DNA of 64,000 nucleotides from a virus. Taxonomy: Duplodnaviria; Caudoviricetes. The position numbers and the translations under genes were made by a program. The notes under the pieces were generated by a model, which was given only the letters and a program-made list of their open reading frames with translations, was not told where the DNA came from and made no database searches. How positions within the stretch are numbered: position 1 is the stretch's first letter; each line of letters opens with the position of its first letter. The stretch is taken from the IMG/VR virus record IMGVR_UViG_3300044641_007277, positions 1,666-65,665 of that record, one strand, 5' to 3'. Of the stretch, positions 18,693-28,069 are shown in pieces.

Positions 18693-20093
18693 TTATTCTT
18701 CTGTTTCGTCTGTAATAACAAATGCTTTATTTGCATTTACAACCAAACCTAATCTTCGCATCAATGCTCTATTTATAAGAATAGGTGTGCTTTTGCTTGC
18801 TCTATCTGTGGGAGAGAATCTAACATTTTTTACAAGTACATCATTGAAAACTACATCCATTTTAATAACTGGTCTTTCATGTATTTCAGTTCCAACAGCA
18901 GTTTTTGAATATCCTACAATATCGTGTACAAATTTCTTATCTCCTATTGACCACTTTAGTTTTCCATCTTTTTCTTCAACCGAATCGGCATGAATACTAC
19001 ATGATTTGGAACTATTACCAGTATCAAATTTAGCAACCATTATTCCAACATTTGGTATTTCCATATTTTCAAGATAACCTACTTCTAAATTATAATATGA
19101 CCAATTTGATTTATCGGTCACATAATCTATTATTTTAGATACAATAGGTGAACCTAAAACTTTTGAAATACCTTCAGTCCCAGGTGAAGAGTTCACTTCT
19201 AAAATATATGGTTTTTTTGTATTTTTATCAATCATTATATCAACACCTGACCAATGACAACCAACTGCTGTCGCCGCTTCAAATGCCAACTCTTCTAGTT
19301 CTGGTGTCAATTCATAAGTATCTACGGTTCCACCCAAAGAATAATTCGTTCTAAAATCATTTTCAACTGATGTTCTTTTCATAGAACCTAAGATAATTTT
19401 ATTATCTGCTTTTTCAGTTAATGGATTGAATTTTTTAACCAATGTCTGAATTCTAATGTCAAAATCAGCTTCAATTTTTTCTTGAATTAAAATTTCGCTC
19501 TCTGGGTTTAGTTTCTTAATTGTTTGATATACCGATTTCAAAGATTGATATGAATCTACAACTGATACTCCAATACCTTGAGTCCCTGAAATAAGTTTTA
19601 CAATTACTGGGAATTTATTTCCAATAATTTCTAATGCTTTATCTATAAATTTTTCATCAGGAACTAAAGAATACTTTGGAACAGGGAGTCCATATTCTTC
19701 AAGAATTTGTGAAGTAATATATTTGTTTTCACAAGTTTTGATTGAATCTAATGAATTTACAATAAAATATCTTGCCTTTTCAAGTTGATAAAATAAACGG
19801 CGAGTGTGAGAGTTTTCTATAACCCCCCTTCTAGGAATGATTGCAGTTGTATCGGGATCAATAAGAATTCTCTGTTCTTTATAGTGTATCAGATGTCCAT
19901 TGTATACTTTTTCAAGCAAAGCGTTATTTATATTAATAACATAACATTCAATACCTCTTTCTTTACATACCTCTTCAAAGGATTTAGTAGTTGAACTACC
20001 ATTGGCTTTTCCAGTAAAGATAATTATTTTCATGTCCTTTTGTTTTGATTCATTTAAGAATGAAGTGTAGTCGAGAATATTCTTATTAAACAT
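18693..20093 (-). CDS. rimK: RimK-family ATP-grasp alpha-L-glutamate ligase fused to C-terminal RimB-like retropepsin protease
   Basis: CENKY, PVIVKLISGTQGIGV, ILIQEKI, DFRTNYSLGG, GVDI, LEVNSSPG; C-terminal AKFDTGN...SIHA...ERPVI...TDR...PILI.R. Start placed at ATG 20093. Confidence 0.92.
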   Translation of the reverse strand: MFNKNILDYTSFLNESKQKDMKIIIFTGKANGSSTTKSFEEVCKERGIECYVININNALLEKVYNGHLIHYKEQRILIDPDTTAIIPRRGVIENSHTRRLFYQLEKARYFIVNSLDSIKTCENKYITSQILEEYGLPVPKYSLVPDEKFIDKALEIIGNKFPVIVKLISGTQGIGVSVVDSYQSLKSVYQTIKKLNPESEILIQEKIEADFDIRIQTLVKKFNPLTEKADNKIILGSMKRTSVENDFRTNYSLGGTVDTYELTPELEELAFEAATAVGCHWSGVDIMIDKNTKKPYILEVNSSPGTEGISKVLGSPIVSKIIDYVTDKSNWSYYNLEVGYLENMEIPNVGIMVAKFDTGNSSKSCSIHADSVEEKDGKLKWSIGDKKFVHDIVGYSKTAVGTEIHERPVIKMDVVFNDVLVKNVRFSPTDRASKSTPILINRALMRRLGLVVNANKAFVITDETEE

Positions 20094-20125
20094 AATATTG
20101 GTCAAGTTTAAAACTTACAACATCA

Positions 20126-20133
20126 TATATATC
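20126..20133 (-). promoter_or_regulatory. Putative late promoter GATATATA for rimK
   Basis: 33 nt upstream of ATG 20093, just after the Hsp20 terminator. Confidence 0.7.
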
Positions 20134-20144
20134 AAAAAATATCA

Positions 20145-20172
20145 AAGAAAAAGCCCATATTTCTATGGGCTT
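20145..20172 (-). terminator. Intrinsic terminator after Hsp20
   Basis: AAGCCCATA-tttc-TATGGGCTT with T-rich tail on the minus strand. Confidence 0.75.
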
Positions 20173-20176
20173 CAAA

Positions 20177-20575
20177 TTATTTTATCTTAACTTCTATAAG
20201 TTTATGTTTCTCCTTTTTCTTTGGAATTCTAAGTTCAAGGACACCATTTTCATAAGAAGCATCGATATTCGTTGAATCTACATCTCGATTAAGTTTGAAC
20301 TTTCGCTCATATTTATCTTGATGATCTTCGCTAGAGTATTTTTTAGATTTATATCTCAATTCCTTTTTTGCTTCAATTTTAAGATATGAATCCTCAAAAG
20401 TGATTGAAATATCTTCCTTTTTAACTCCAGGTATTTCGGAAAGAATTACCCATTCATTTTCCTTCTCAATTATATCTGTTGAAGGAAGGTAAGTATGAGA
20501 CTCAAGATTTTGGTTGAGATACATACGTTCTGCCAAATCCATTTGGCGCAGTAGTGATGTGAATGTGTCTAACAT
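20177..20575 (-). CDS. Small heat shock protein Hsp20 (alpha-crystallin domain)
   Basis: PSTDIIE, EIPGVKKEDISI, YERKFKL, IDASYENGVLELRIPK. Confidence 0.93.
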   Translation of the reverse strand: MLDTFTSLLRQMDLAERMYLNQNLESHTYLPSTDIIEKENEWVILSEIPGVKKEDISITFEDSYLKIEAKKELRYKSKKYSSEDHQDKYERKFKLNRDVDSTNIDASYENGVLELRIPKKKEKHKLIEVKIK

Positions 20576-20750
20576 AATATTAAATGGTTATTTTTAGGGT
20601 TCAAAAATTTGAACTTACAAATATGATAATCAAAACCATGCCAAACGATTTATTTTATTATTTTTTGCCATTTTTTCATATTTTTGTAAAATATTGACAT
20701 ATCATTATGACAACTTTTCTTAATAAAATTCTAAATTGTCAGAGGACAAT

Positions 20751-21677
20751 ATGAAAAATACTTATAGTGTAGGTCTTATAACCTATAATTATCTTGATAG
20801 ATTTAGAGAATGTATATCTCATATACCAAATATGAAGGGTAAGCCTTTTGTTGTTGTAAATGATGGAATCCCCTATGAATCAAAGGAATATAGGGATGAT
20901 ATGATTGTCTTACAACACGCCACAAATAAAAAAATAGCTATAAGTAAAAATGATGCTTTGCGTTATCTTTTAACATATGACACAGAATGGATTTTCATTA
21001 TGGAAAATGATATGAAGATTTTAGATTCTGCTGTTTTTGATTATTATATTGAAGTTGCAAATAAAAGTGGATTACGACACTTAAATTTTGCTTTACATGG
21101 AAAAGATAATTGGAATGAAGAAAGAACAGATGTTGCTCCTAGATTAATCTATGATAATGGCATATCGCTTTACAATTATGCTGGAGGATGTTTTCAACTT
21201 TATCATCGTTCAATATTTGATAAAGTTGGACTTTACGATGAGTTCTATAAGAATTGTTGGGAACATTTAGATATGACTTATCGTACTACTCTTGCAGGAT
21301 TCCATACGCCGTTTTGGCTCTCTGCTGATGTCAATAATTCGCACCATTATTTAGAACAAATTGACTATAAAGAACAATCTGATGTAAGTTCAAAAGATAT
21401 AAACCCAAATTATTATGAAGGTCTATTTTATTGGAAATTCAAATTCGGTTCTTGGGTTGCAAATATACCTGAATGGATTAATGAAACTTATCATACAAAT
21501 ATTGTAATGGAAATGTTTCAAGAAAGACGATATGAAGAACTCTCAAAACTCTTTATGAATTATTATAGAAATGAACAAAGCCCATTCTTTAACACAGAAT
21601 ACAAATACGGAAATGTCTATGATAATGTATGGGGAAAGGTTGATGATAGCGGTAACCTTATGATTTTCCATAATTAG
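20751..21677 (+). CDS. GT-A fold (GT2-like) glycosyltransferase
   Basis: VGLITYN, VVVNDG, IAISKNDAL, FIMENDM, VGLYDEFY..WEHLD; ATG at 20751. Confidence 0.82.
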   Translation: MKNTYSVGLITYNYLDRFRECISHIPNMKGKPFVVVNDGIPYESKEYRDDMIVLQHATNKKIAISKNDALRYLLTYDTEWIFIMENDMKILDSAVFDYYIEVANKSGLRHLNFALHGKDNWNEERTDVAPRLIYDNGISLYNYAGGCFQLYHRSIFDKVGLYDEFYKNCWEHLDMTYRTTLAGFHTPFWLSADVNNSHHYLEQIDYKEQSDVSSKDINPNYYEGLFYWKFKFGSWVANIPEWINETYHTNIVMEMFQERRYEELSKLFMNYYRNEQSPFFNTEYKYGNVYDNVWGKVDDSGNLMIFHN

Positions 21678-22281
21678 ATTCAGCGCACTTTGCTATCCAA
21701 AATGAATCGGCTATATCATCAATCGGCTTAATCCAATTTTTAGTTTTTTTGAAAAAAGTTATTTCGTTTGTAAGTTTATCTTGAATCTTTAAATTTACTC
21801 CAGTTAGTTCTTTATCTAAAAATGTTTCGATCATCTTATTCTTATCAAACTTACCACTTCCTGCTCTCGCTTTTACACTCATAGCAGCATAGAAATAAAT
21901 ATTAGTTGAACCATATCTATTTACCAATCGTTCTCTGAGAATATATTGATAACCAGCAATTTCTGCCAATCTATTTGAACTCGCTGAAAATGCAAGATTT
22001 TCTAATGCAATTATATCTAAACCCTCTGGAAGATTTTGCATAATACATTCTGAAAGAATTATAGCATTAGTTGTTGATAAACGCTCTCTATCTGTGGTAG
22101 TCATCCCATTTTGAACATCAAATCTTTGGATGTCAATAGTTGTAACTTCGGTATCTTGTAAATTATTATGTCCTTTAGATTTTTCTTTGGGAAAAATTAA
22201 AAATGAACATTCTTTTGATTCTGTATCATAAATACATATCGATGGGTGGTTGATTGAAAAATCAATTCCTGCAATTTTCAT
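21658..22281 (-). CDS. RuvC-like Holliday junction resolvase
   Basis: IAGIDFS, IIALE, VK..AG.G..DK..MI, DDIADS acidic motifs. Confidence 0.85.
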   Translation of the reverse strand: MKIAGIDFSINHPSICIYDTESKECSFLIFPKEKSKGHNNLQDTEVTTIDIQRFDVQNGMTTTDRERLSTTNAIILSECIMQNLPEGLDIIALENLAFSASSNRLAEIAGYQYILRERLVNRYGSTNIYFYAAMSVKARAGSGKFDKNKMIETFLDKELTGVNLKIQDKLTNEITFFKKTKNWIKPIDDIADSFWIAKCAESNYGKS

Positions 22282-22285
22282 GGTT

Positions 22286-22696
22286 TTACTTTGATGATTC
22301 TAAAATATAAACAAATTCACTAAAAGAAGATACTGAGGATTCTGCAAGTTTAACAATGCTACCTGCATCAATTCTAACTCTCTTTCCATTATGAATAATA
22401 TAAATCTTATCTAATTGTCCTTCATTATATGTTATACTCACAATTCTACCTCTTATTGAAGTTTCATCATCAAGTCTTTTTGCTGATACATAATCTCCAA
22501 TTTGAAAGCGAGTTACAATTCTATCCTGATCTTTATCTTTTTGAAATTCTAAATAACCTCTGTTATTAATTCTACCTAAATCAAATGCTGGGTTTTCTGC
22601 ACTCAATCGAGAATAATTTGAACCCCAACGATTCAAAATATCCGATGGTGTCCATGTAGCACCTGAAGTTTTTAGTGATGATTGTATTTGTGGCAT
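22286..22696 (-). CDS. Hypothetical protein with SH3/KOW-like domain
   Basis: FQIGDYV...GRIVSI; C-terminal SFSEFVYILES resembles the capsid-targeting-like motif. Confidence 0.65.
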   Translation of the reverse strand: MPQIQSSLKTSGATWTPSDILNRWGSNYSRLSAENPAFDLGRINNRGYLEFQKDKDQDRIVTRFQIGDYVSAKRLDDETSIRGRIVSITYNEGQLDKIYIIHNGKRVRIDAGSIVKLAESSVSSFSEFVYILESSK

Positions 22697-22711
22697 AGTT
22701 TTATATTAATG

Positions 22712-24349
22712 TTATCCTTTCACTTGAACGATTTCAGCACTTACAACCCAATATATTGTCTTTCCATTTTGTCCTGTTACTGTAAAAACTGGTCCACCAT
22801 TTGAAGTATTAGCAGTCACATTAATATCCCAGTTAGAATCATCTTCGGCTATAACTGTCTTTGAAACTGTCCCAACTAAAGCAACACTACCTGCTAATGA
22901 AATTCTATCCATAACGAAACTTAAAATATATCCAGCAGATTCTCCATCAGCATCAGTTCTTCTTGCACTACAAACAGCGTGAACAGTCCAAGTAGTATCA
23001 CCTGGTAAAGAAAGGTATTGTGAACTACCATCCATAAAAAGATCTGTTGGTGTATTATCGGTAGTCGTATTCCTTAAAATAACCTTCATAGATTGAGCAT
23101 CACCAGTTTCTGCAAAATATCCAGAAGAATGATTTATACTACCATATTCTGTTCCTTTTGCTCCATAACCTAATGCTACAGAATATTGTCCTGTTGCTGT
23201 GTTTTCTCTACCTCCAACAATAGTAGTATTGTTTCCACTTGCTACTTGAGTTGAAAGTGCTCTTTGTCTTTGTAAATCTACAGCATATGAACCTCTTTTA
23301 TTTCCACCTGTTGATGTGCCATCGGGAAGTGCAGCTAATATGGCACCTATTGTTTTAGGTTGTATTACAATATCTCCTGCTGGAGAAACAACATCAACAA
23401 GAAGTTGAGAAGCATGCACTGTATTATTTGGTGAACTTGTATTTTCAGTTGTTGTAAAACCATTCAAATCACCTTGATTACCCTGATTTCCTTGATTTCC
23501 TTGATTACCCTGATTTCCTTGACGACCTTGATTACCCTGATTACCATTAGTACCACTATCGCCTTGATTACCTTGGAAACCATCAATACTTTGAGGTCCT
23601 TGTGTACCTACAGTTCCTTGTCTTCCTTGAAATCCTTGACGACCTTGATTACCTTGATCACCTACATTACCTTGATTACCCTGACGACCTTGATTACCTT
23701 GCTGTCCTTGATTTCCTTGATTTCCATCAATACTTTGCGGACCCTGTCTACCTTGATTACCCTGCTGTCCTTGATTTCCTTGTCCACCCTGTTGTCCTTG
23801 ATTTCCTTGTCGCCCTTGATTTCCTTGGTTGCCTTGATTGCCTTGATTTCCTTGAGGTCCTTGTCTTCCTAATAAACCTTGAGCACCAGAATCACCTTTT
23901 AGTCCTTGAAATCCTCTTAAACCTTGAACGCCTTGAAGACCTCGAACCCCTTGATCTCCATCTTGACCTTGAATACCTTGAAATCCTTGAGTTCCACGAA
24001 CACCTTGAGAACCTTGAGTTCCAAGAGAACCTTGTCTTCCTTGCATACCTTGAATACCACGAATTCCCTGTGAACCTTGAATACCTTGAATTCCTTGTAA
24101 ACCACGAACACCTTGATTACCTTGAGAACCTTGAATACCTAATAATCCTTGAATCCCCTGTGTTCCTTGAGTTCCTAGAATACCTTGAGAACCCTGTGTT
24201 CCAGTTGTTCCTTGTATACCTCGGATACCTTGCGTTCCTTGTACACCTTGAGAACCTTGTGTTCCTAGATTACCTTGCAAACCTATCCCAGTGGGTCCTT
24301 GTACACCTTGTGTTCCTTGTACGCCTTGCGTTCCTTGTGCTCCGTCCAT
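22712..24349 (-). CDS. Collagen-like fibre protein with C-terminal globular/YadA-like head
   Basis: About 295 aa of Gly-X-Gln triplets, then GGNKRGSYAVDLQ...ATGQYSVALG; GATATATA at 24378-24385. Confidence 0.85.
   Translation of the reverse strand: MDGAQGTQGVQGTQGVQGPTGIGLQGNLGTQGSQGVQGTQGIRGIQGTTGTQGSQGILGTQGTQGIQGLLGIQGSQGNQGVRGLQGIQGIQGSQGIRGIQGMQGRQGSLGTQGSQGVRGTQGFQGIQGQDGDQGVRGLQGVQGLRGFQGLKGDSGAQGLLGRQGPQGNQGNQGNQGNQGRQGNQGQQGGQGNQGQQGNQGRQGPQSIDGNQGNQGQQGNQGRQGNQGNVGDQGNQGRQGFQGRQGTVGTQGPQSIDGFQGNQGDSGTNGNQGNQGRQGNQGNQGNQGNQGNQGDLNGFTTTENTSSPNNTVHASQLLVDVVSPAGDIVIQPKTIGAILAALPDGTSTGGNKRGSYAVDLQRQRALSTQVASGNNTTIVGGRENTATGQYSVALGYGAKGTEYGSINHSSGYFAETGDAQSMKVILRNTTTDNTPTDLFMDGSSQYLSLPGDTTWTVHAVCSARRTDADGESAGYILSFVMDRISLAGSVALVGTVSKTVIAEDDSNWDINVTANTSNGGPVFTVTGQNGKTIYWVVSAEIVQVKG
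23470..24345 (-). repeat. 9-bp-period collagen-coding repeat
   Basis: Tandem ccttgattac/ccttgtgttc-type units on the plus strand. Confidence 0.9.
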
Positions 24350-24377
24350 TGATATGGTTTTTTGTTATTATTAAGTC

Positions 24378-24433
24378 TATATATCAAAAAATATTTCAGC
24401 AAATTTTATAGTTTTGAAATTATAGGATATATA
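24378..24433. promoter_or_regulatory. Back-to-back GATATATA late promoters
   Basis: Minus copy 24378-24385 and plus copy 24426-24433 facing divergent genes. Confidence 0.7.
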
Positions 24434-24472
24434 GTATTGAAATAATAATTATTTACTTTAAGGTTCAATAAT

Positions 24473-25498
24473 ATGAATGAAGAACAAGCAAAAAATCTCT
24501 TAGCACAAAGAGATAGCCAATTCAACTCAGTAAGAGAGGTAGGAGAAGATGTTAAATTAAGTTCCCCTACAATTCCTCCACCAAAACCAAAAGAAAAAAA
24601 GGTAGAAGATTTGCCAAGAGAAGAATATCGTGCTCCTATTGTTGAGAGCGATACACAACCTGCCATCAAATCATTACATAGTAATTTTGATATCGGTTGG
24701 TATGAAGTTCCTCTTGAATCTCTTCCGACACAGGGTCTATTTTATCCCGATGGTTCAAGACTTTTAATTAAACCAGCAAATGTTTCAATTATCAGACATT
24801 TTTCAACTGTAGATGATACAAATCCTCTTGAATTAAATGATGCTTTTGATTACATTTTAGAAAATCTCGTAAGATTCAATGTTCCTGGTATGCCTGCATC
24901 CTATAAGAATTTGAAAGATATTGATAAATTATCAGTTATCCTTCATGTTCGTGATGCAACATTTAAAAATGGAGAATCAAGAATTGTAAGTGATATTGCT
25001 TGCTCATGTGGTCATGTTGATGAAAAGGTACTAAAATGGAATGATTTTGAGTTCTTTCATTTTTCTTCTGAACTGATGAAATACTATAATCCTGAAGCAA
25101 AAATATTTCAAGTAAAATTCAACGATCCTATGGAATCCGATATTGGTTTAACATTACCTTCAATCGGAATTAGAAATTTTATTCAAAAATATGTAACTGC
25201 TAAAATCAGACAGAAGAAATCTTATGATAGAGCATTTGCAAATGTTGCTCCATTTATTATGGATGATTGGTCAAATATCAATGATACGATGTATGAACAA
25301 GAATTGGAAAATTCTGGAACATGGAGTACGAATCAATTTGCGGCATTTATCAGAATAGTTGATTTAGTTAAAAAATCTACAATATCAAGAATCAAGCACA
25401 AGTGTACAAGTTGCGGTGCAGAGGTCACCGCCCCAAGTTCCTTTCGAGGAGGAATTAAGTCTCTCTTTATTCCAGACTTACAAAGTATCACTAGATAG
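24473..25498 (+). CDS. Baseplate hub assembly protein (T4 gp26-like) with Cys pairs
   Basis: LPTQGLFYP, DKLSVILHVR, CSCG and terminal HKCTSCG...SLF pattern of gp26-family chaperones. Confidence 0.7.
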   Translation: MNEEQAKNLLAQRDSQFNSVREVGEDVKLSSPTIPPPKPKEKKVEDLPREEYRAPIVESDTQPAIKSLHSNFDIGWYEVPLESLPTQGLFYPDGSRLLIKPANVSIIRHFSTVDDTNPLELNDAFDYILENLVRFNVPGMPASYKNLKDIDKLSVILHVRDATFKNGESRIVSDIACSCGHVDEKVLKWNDFEFFHFSSELMKYYNPEAKIFQVKFNDPMESDIGLTLPSIGIRNFIQKYVTAKIRQKKSYDRAFANVAPFIMDDWSNINDTMYEQELENSGTWSTNQFAAFIRIVDLVKKSTISRIKHKCTSCGAEVTAPSSFRGGIKSLFIPDLQSITR

Positions 25499-25715
25499 AT
25501 TAGAGGATAATATATTCACTTTATCTATACAGGGATTCGGTATAAATGAATTTGAAGATATGCCTTATTGGAGATATGAGACAATCGTTGAAAAATCAAT
25601 TCAATGGATTGAAACTCTGAAAAAGCGTAAGCAAAGTAAAGAAAATGCAAATGAATCAAATACTCAATTTGAATTAGATATAAATAAAAATCCTGATACA
25701 TGGAAGATCAGTTAA
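25416..25715 (+). CDS. Baseplate hub assembly catalyst (T4 gp51-like); start uncertain
   Basis: EFEDMPYWRYETIVE matches the gp51-type E.E.M.P(W/Y).R motif; +1 frame overlapping the gp26-like end. Confidence 0.6.
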   Translation: MQRSPPQVPFEEELSLSLFQTYKVSLDRLEDNIFTLSIQGFGINEFEDMPYWRYETIVEKSIQWIETLKKRKQSKENANESNTQFELDINKNPDTWKIS

Positions 25716-28045
25716 TGGAACAAATTATCAGTTCCGATGAATTGATAAATAAAAATATAGAAGAAAGTAATAGAAGAATGTCTGAATCTTTTCAGGATCA
25801 GTTTTCTTCTATTATGTCTATGACTTCAATTAACAGTCAAAAATTAGAGAACCAACTTCAAATACAGGGTGAGAGAGAAGCCGAAGGTATAAAAGGTAAT
25901 CTTACTCAGAATCTATCACAAGTCGGTAATTTAAGTATTGAAGAAATTGCAGAAAGCACAATTCCAACAGAATCAGGGACACTTTCAAATGATACCATAA
26001 ATAATCTTGTACAAGTTATAAGTGATTTACAAGGAGTGATTAACAATCTTAATCTAACTCCATCACCGACTGAAACTCCTACAGCTACTCAAACGGCTTC
26101 AATAGAGGGTGTGAACATTGAAAACATATCAGGTTTAATTGATGATTTCAAAACTCTTTCAAGTTTAACTTGGTGTGCAGATTGGTTGCAATGTTTAGAA
26201 AAAATTGTTGAACAAGCAGATACAGTAAATAAAGCATTATCTTCTATACCTGAGGATAAGAAAATTAATTTTGGTGTAAATAATGAATCTCTTGAAAATG
26301 TTGATAAATCTATTCAAAAGGTAAAAGAAAATATAAATGCCGAAATTAATCTATCCACTAAAAGAGAGGAAATAGCCGAACAGCAAGTTGCACCTGAAAC
26401 TCAACTTTCCCCTGCTTTTCTAAATAGCTTCTCTGATTTTAATGATAAACTATCTTCTGTTGTAGATAAAATTGATAAGAATACTATTTCTTCTGAATCT
26501 TTTGTAAGTAAAATATCAGAATTTTCTGAAAATACTATAAAAACCATAGATACTAGTTTTACTGAAATAAGTAACACTACAAAAGAAATAATTGAAAGAC
26601 CTGTTGGTGCTGAAAATACATTATTATCTTTACAATCAAGTATTAAAGAAATAGAAACTGGTGTTAAGGAAGAAAAACCCGAACCCTTATCATTGAAGAT
26701 GGTTGAAAATGTGATAAAAGTTCCACCCCCTGAACTATCATTTGAAGCATTTGGCGGAATAATGCCTCCTATTGCTCAACAAATGCCCGTAGTTCAGCAA
26801 ATACCTCCTATTTCTCAACAAATGTCTATGGTTCAACCAAATGTTCAAAATATAAATACTCCTTTGACTTTAGGTGAAACTCGTACTATACCTCCTATTG
26901 CTCAACAAATGCCCACAGTTCAATCAAATGTTCAAAGTGCAGTTACTTTACCTATTCCACCTCCTTTGACCTTTAGTGAGGTTGGAGGAGTTATGCCACC
27001 TTTATTTGAATCTCAAACGAGAACACTCACAGGAATAGAAGGTGAAACTCCAATAAATGCATCAGAAACTCGTGAAAGAGTAACACCTCCACCTGCACCT
27101 ATGCCGATGATGTCTGAAACTCTTATGGGTATTCAAATGCCTATGGGTATAACTCCTCTTCCATTTGGAATGGAGACTTTCGGATTTCCCTTACCTCCAA
27201 GAGAAAGAAGAATGGGTGAAAATACAGGAAATATGAATACAACGACAAATATCGGTGGACAACTTGAAAAGCCCATTGCCCCTCCTACCGCACTTTTTGA
27301 ATCCATTCCTTTTTTGGAAGATATTACCAAAAATAGTATTTTAGAAAATGTAGGAGAAGCAACTCAAATTGTAACAGAAAGTGAAGTTGGCTTTAATCCT
27401 TTAAATTTTGAGAATTTGCTTCCAAGTTTCAATGAATCAAAGAACATAGGAACTCAAATTCAATCAGCAACAATTCCAAATAATCAAATATCTAATATTG
27501 GTTCATTACAAAACTTAATAAGTTCTACAATCGAAACCGAAGGAGTAATGCCAATACAAGTCGGAGCAAAAGAAACAAATCCGATAGTTCCTAATATAGA
27601 AGATATATTTATTAGAAGTCAAGAAACTACTGCACCAAGTTTGGCAACAGCAGTAACTAAATTAGAAACATCAACTCCCGAAGCTACATCAGAAATGTTA
27701 GCAAATTCACAGGTAGAAATGAATCAAGTAAATTTTGAACCATTGAACAAAACATTAACTTCTTCTATATCTACTTTAGGAGATACTTTAAAAAGTCAAA
27801 GGGAAATGGTATCAACTCCAACACCAACTGAAACTATATCAAGCGGTCAAAATGAAACTATGACACAAATTCTCGCAATGCTTACAAAATTAGATGAAAC
27901 TTTAACTAATTTTGGTCAAACTCAAAAGCAACCTATAGGAACTATTCCTTCACTTGGTTCATCTATGAGTGATAGTCAAGCAAGAATGATTGGAAGACAA
28001 ATTGCATCGGAACTAAAAGATAATTTTGCAAAACTTTATATTTAA
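25700..28045 (+). CDS. Large low-complexity tail/baseplate protein (tape-measure/gp29-like position)
   Basis: 781 aa, Pro/Gln/Thr/Glu-rich, follows the gp26/gp51-like genes; internal PPIAQQMP repeats. Confidence 0.5.
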   Translation: MEDQLMEQIISSDELINKNIEESNRRMSESFQDQFSSIMSMTSINSQKLENQLQIQGEREAEGIKGNLTQNLSQVGNLSIEEIAESTIPTESGTLSNDTINNLVQVISDLQGVINNLNLTPSPTETPTATQTASIEGVNIENISGLIDDFKTLSSLTWCADWLQCLEKIVEQADTVNKALSSIPEDKKINFGVNNESLENVDKSIQKVKENINAEINLSTKREEIAEQQVAPETQLSPAFLNSFSDFNDKLSSVVDKIDKNTISSESFVSKISEFSENTIKTIDTSFTEISNTTKEIIERPVGAENTLLSLQSSIKEIETGVKEEKPEPLSLKMVENVIKVPPPELSFEAFGGIMPPIAQQMPVVQQIPPISQQMSMVQPNVQNINTPLTLGETRTIPPIAQQMPTVQSNVQSAVTLPIPPPLTFSEVGGVMPPLFESQTRTLTGIEGETPINASETRERVTPPPAPMPMMSETLMGIQMPMGITPLPFGMETFGFPLPPRERRMGENTGNMNTTTNIGGQLEKPIAPPTALFESIPFLEDITKNSILENVGEATQIVTESEVGFNPLNFENLLPSFNESKNIGTQIQSATIPNNQISNIGSLQNLISSTIETEGVMPIQVGAKETNPIVPNIEDIFIRSQETTAPSLATAVTKLETSTPEATSEMLANSQVEMNQVNFEPLNKTLTSSISTLGDTLKSQREMVSTPTPTETISSGQNETMTQILAMLTKLDETLTNFGQTQKQPIGTIPSLGSSMSDSQARMIGRQIASELKDNFAKLYI

Positions 28046-28069
28046 TTTTTAAACATTTAGGAATAATTC

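Noticed and set aside
21658-22281. TnpB/Cas12-like RuvC effector
   Set aside because: Only 207 aa, with the first acidic motif at the extreme N-terminus and no zinc finger; fits a resolvase.
23474-24411. Leu-rich alternative-frame ORFs over the 545-aa collagen
   Set aside because: Same repeat-shadow artefact.
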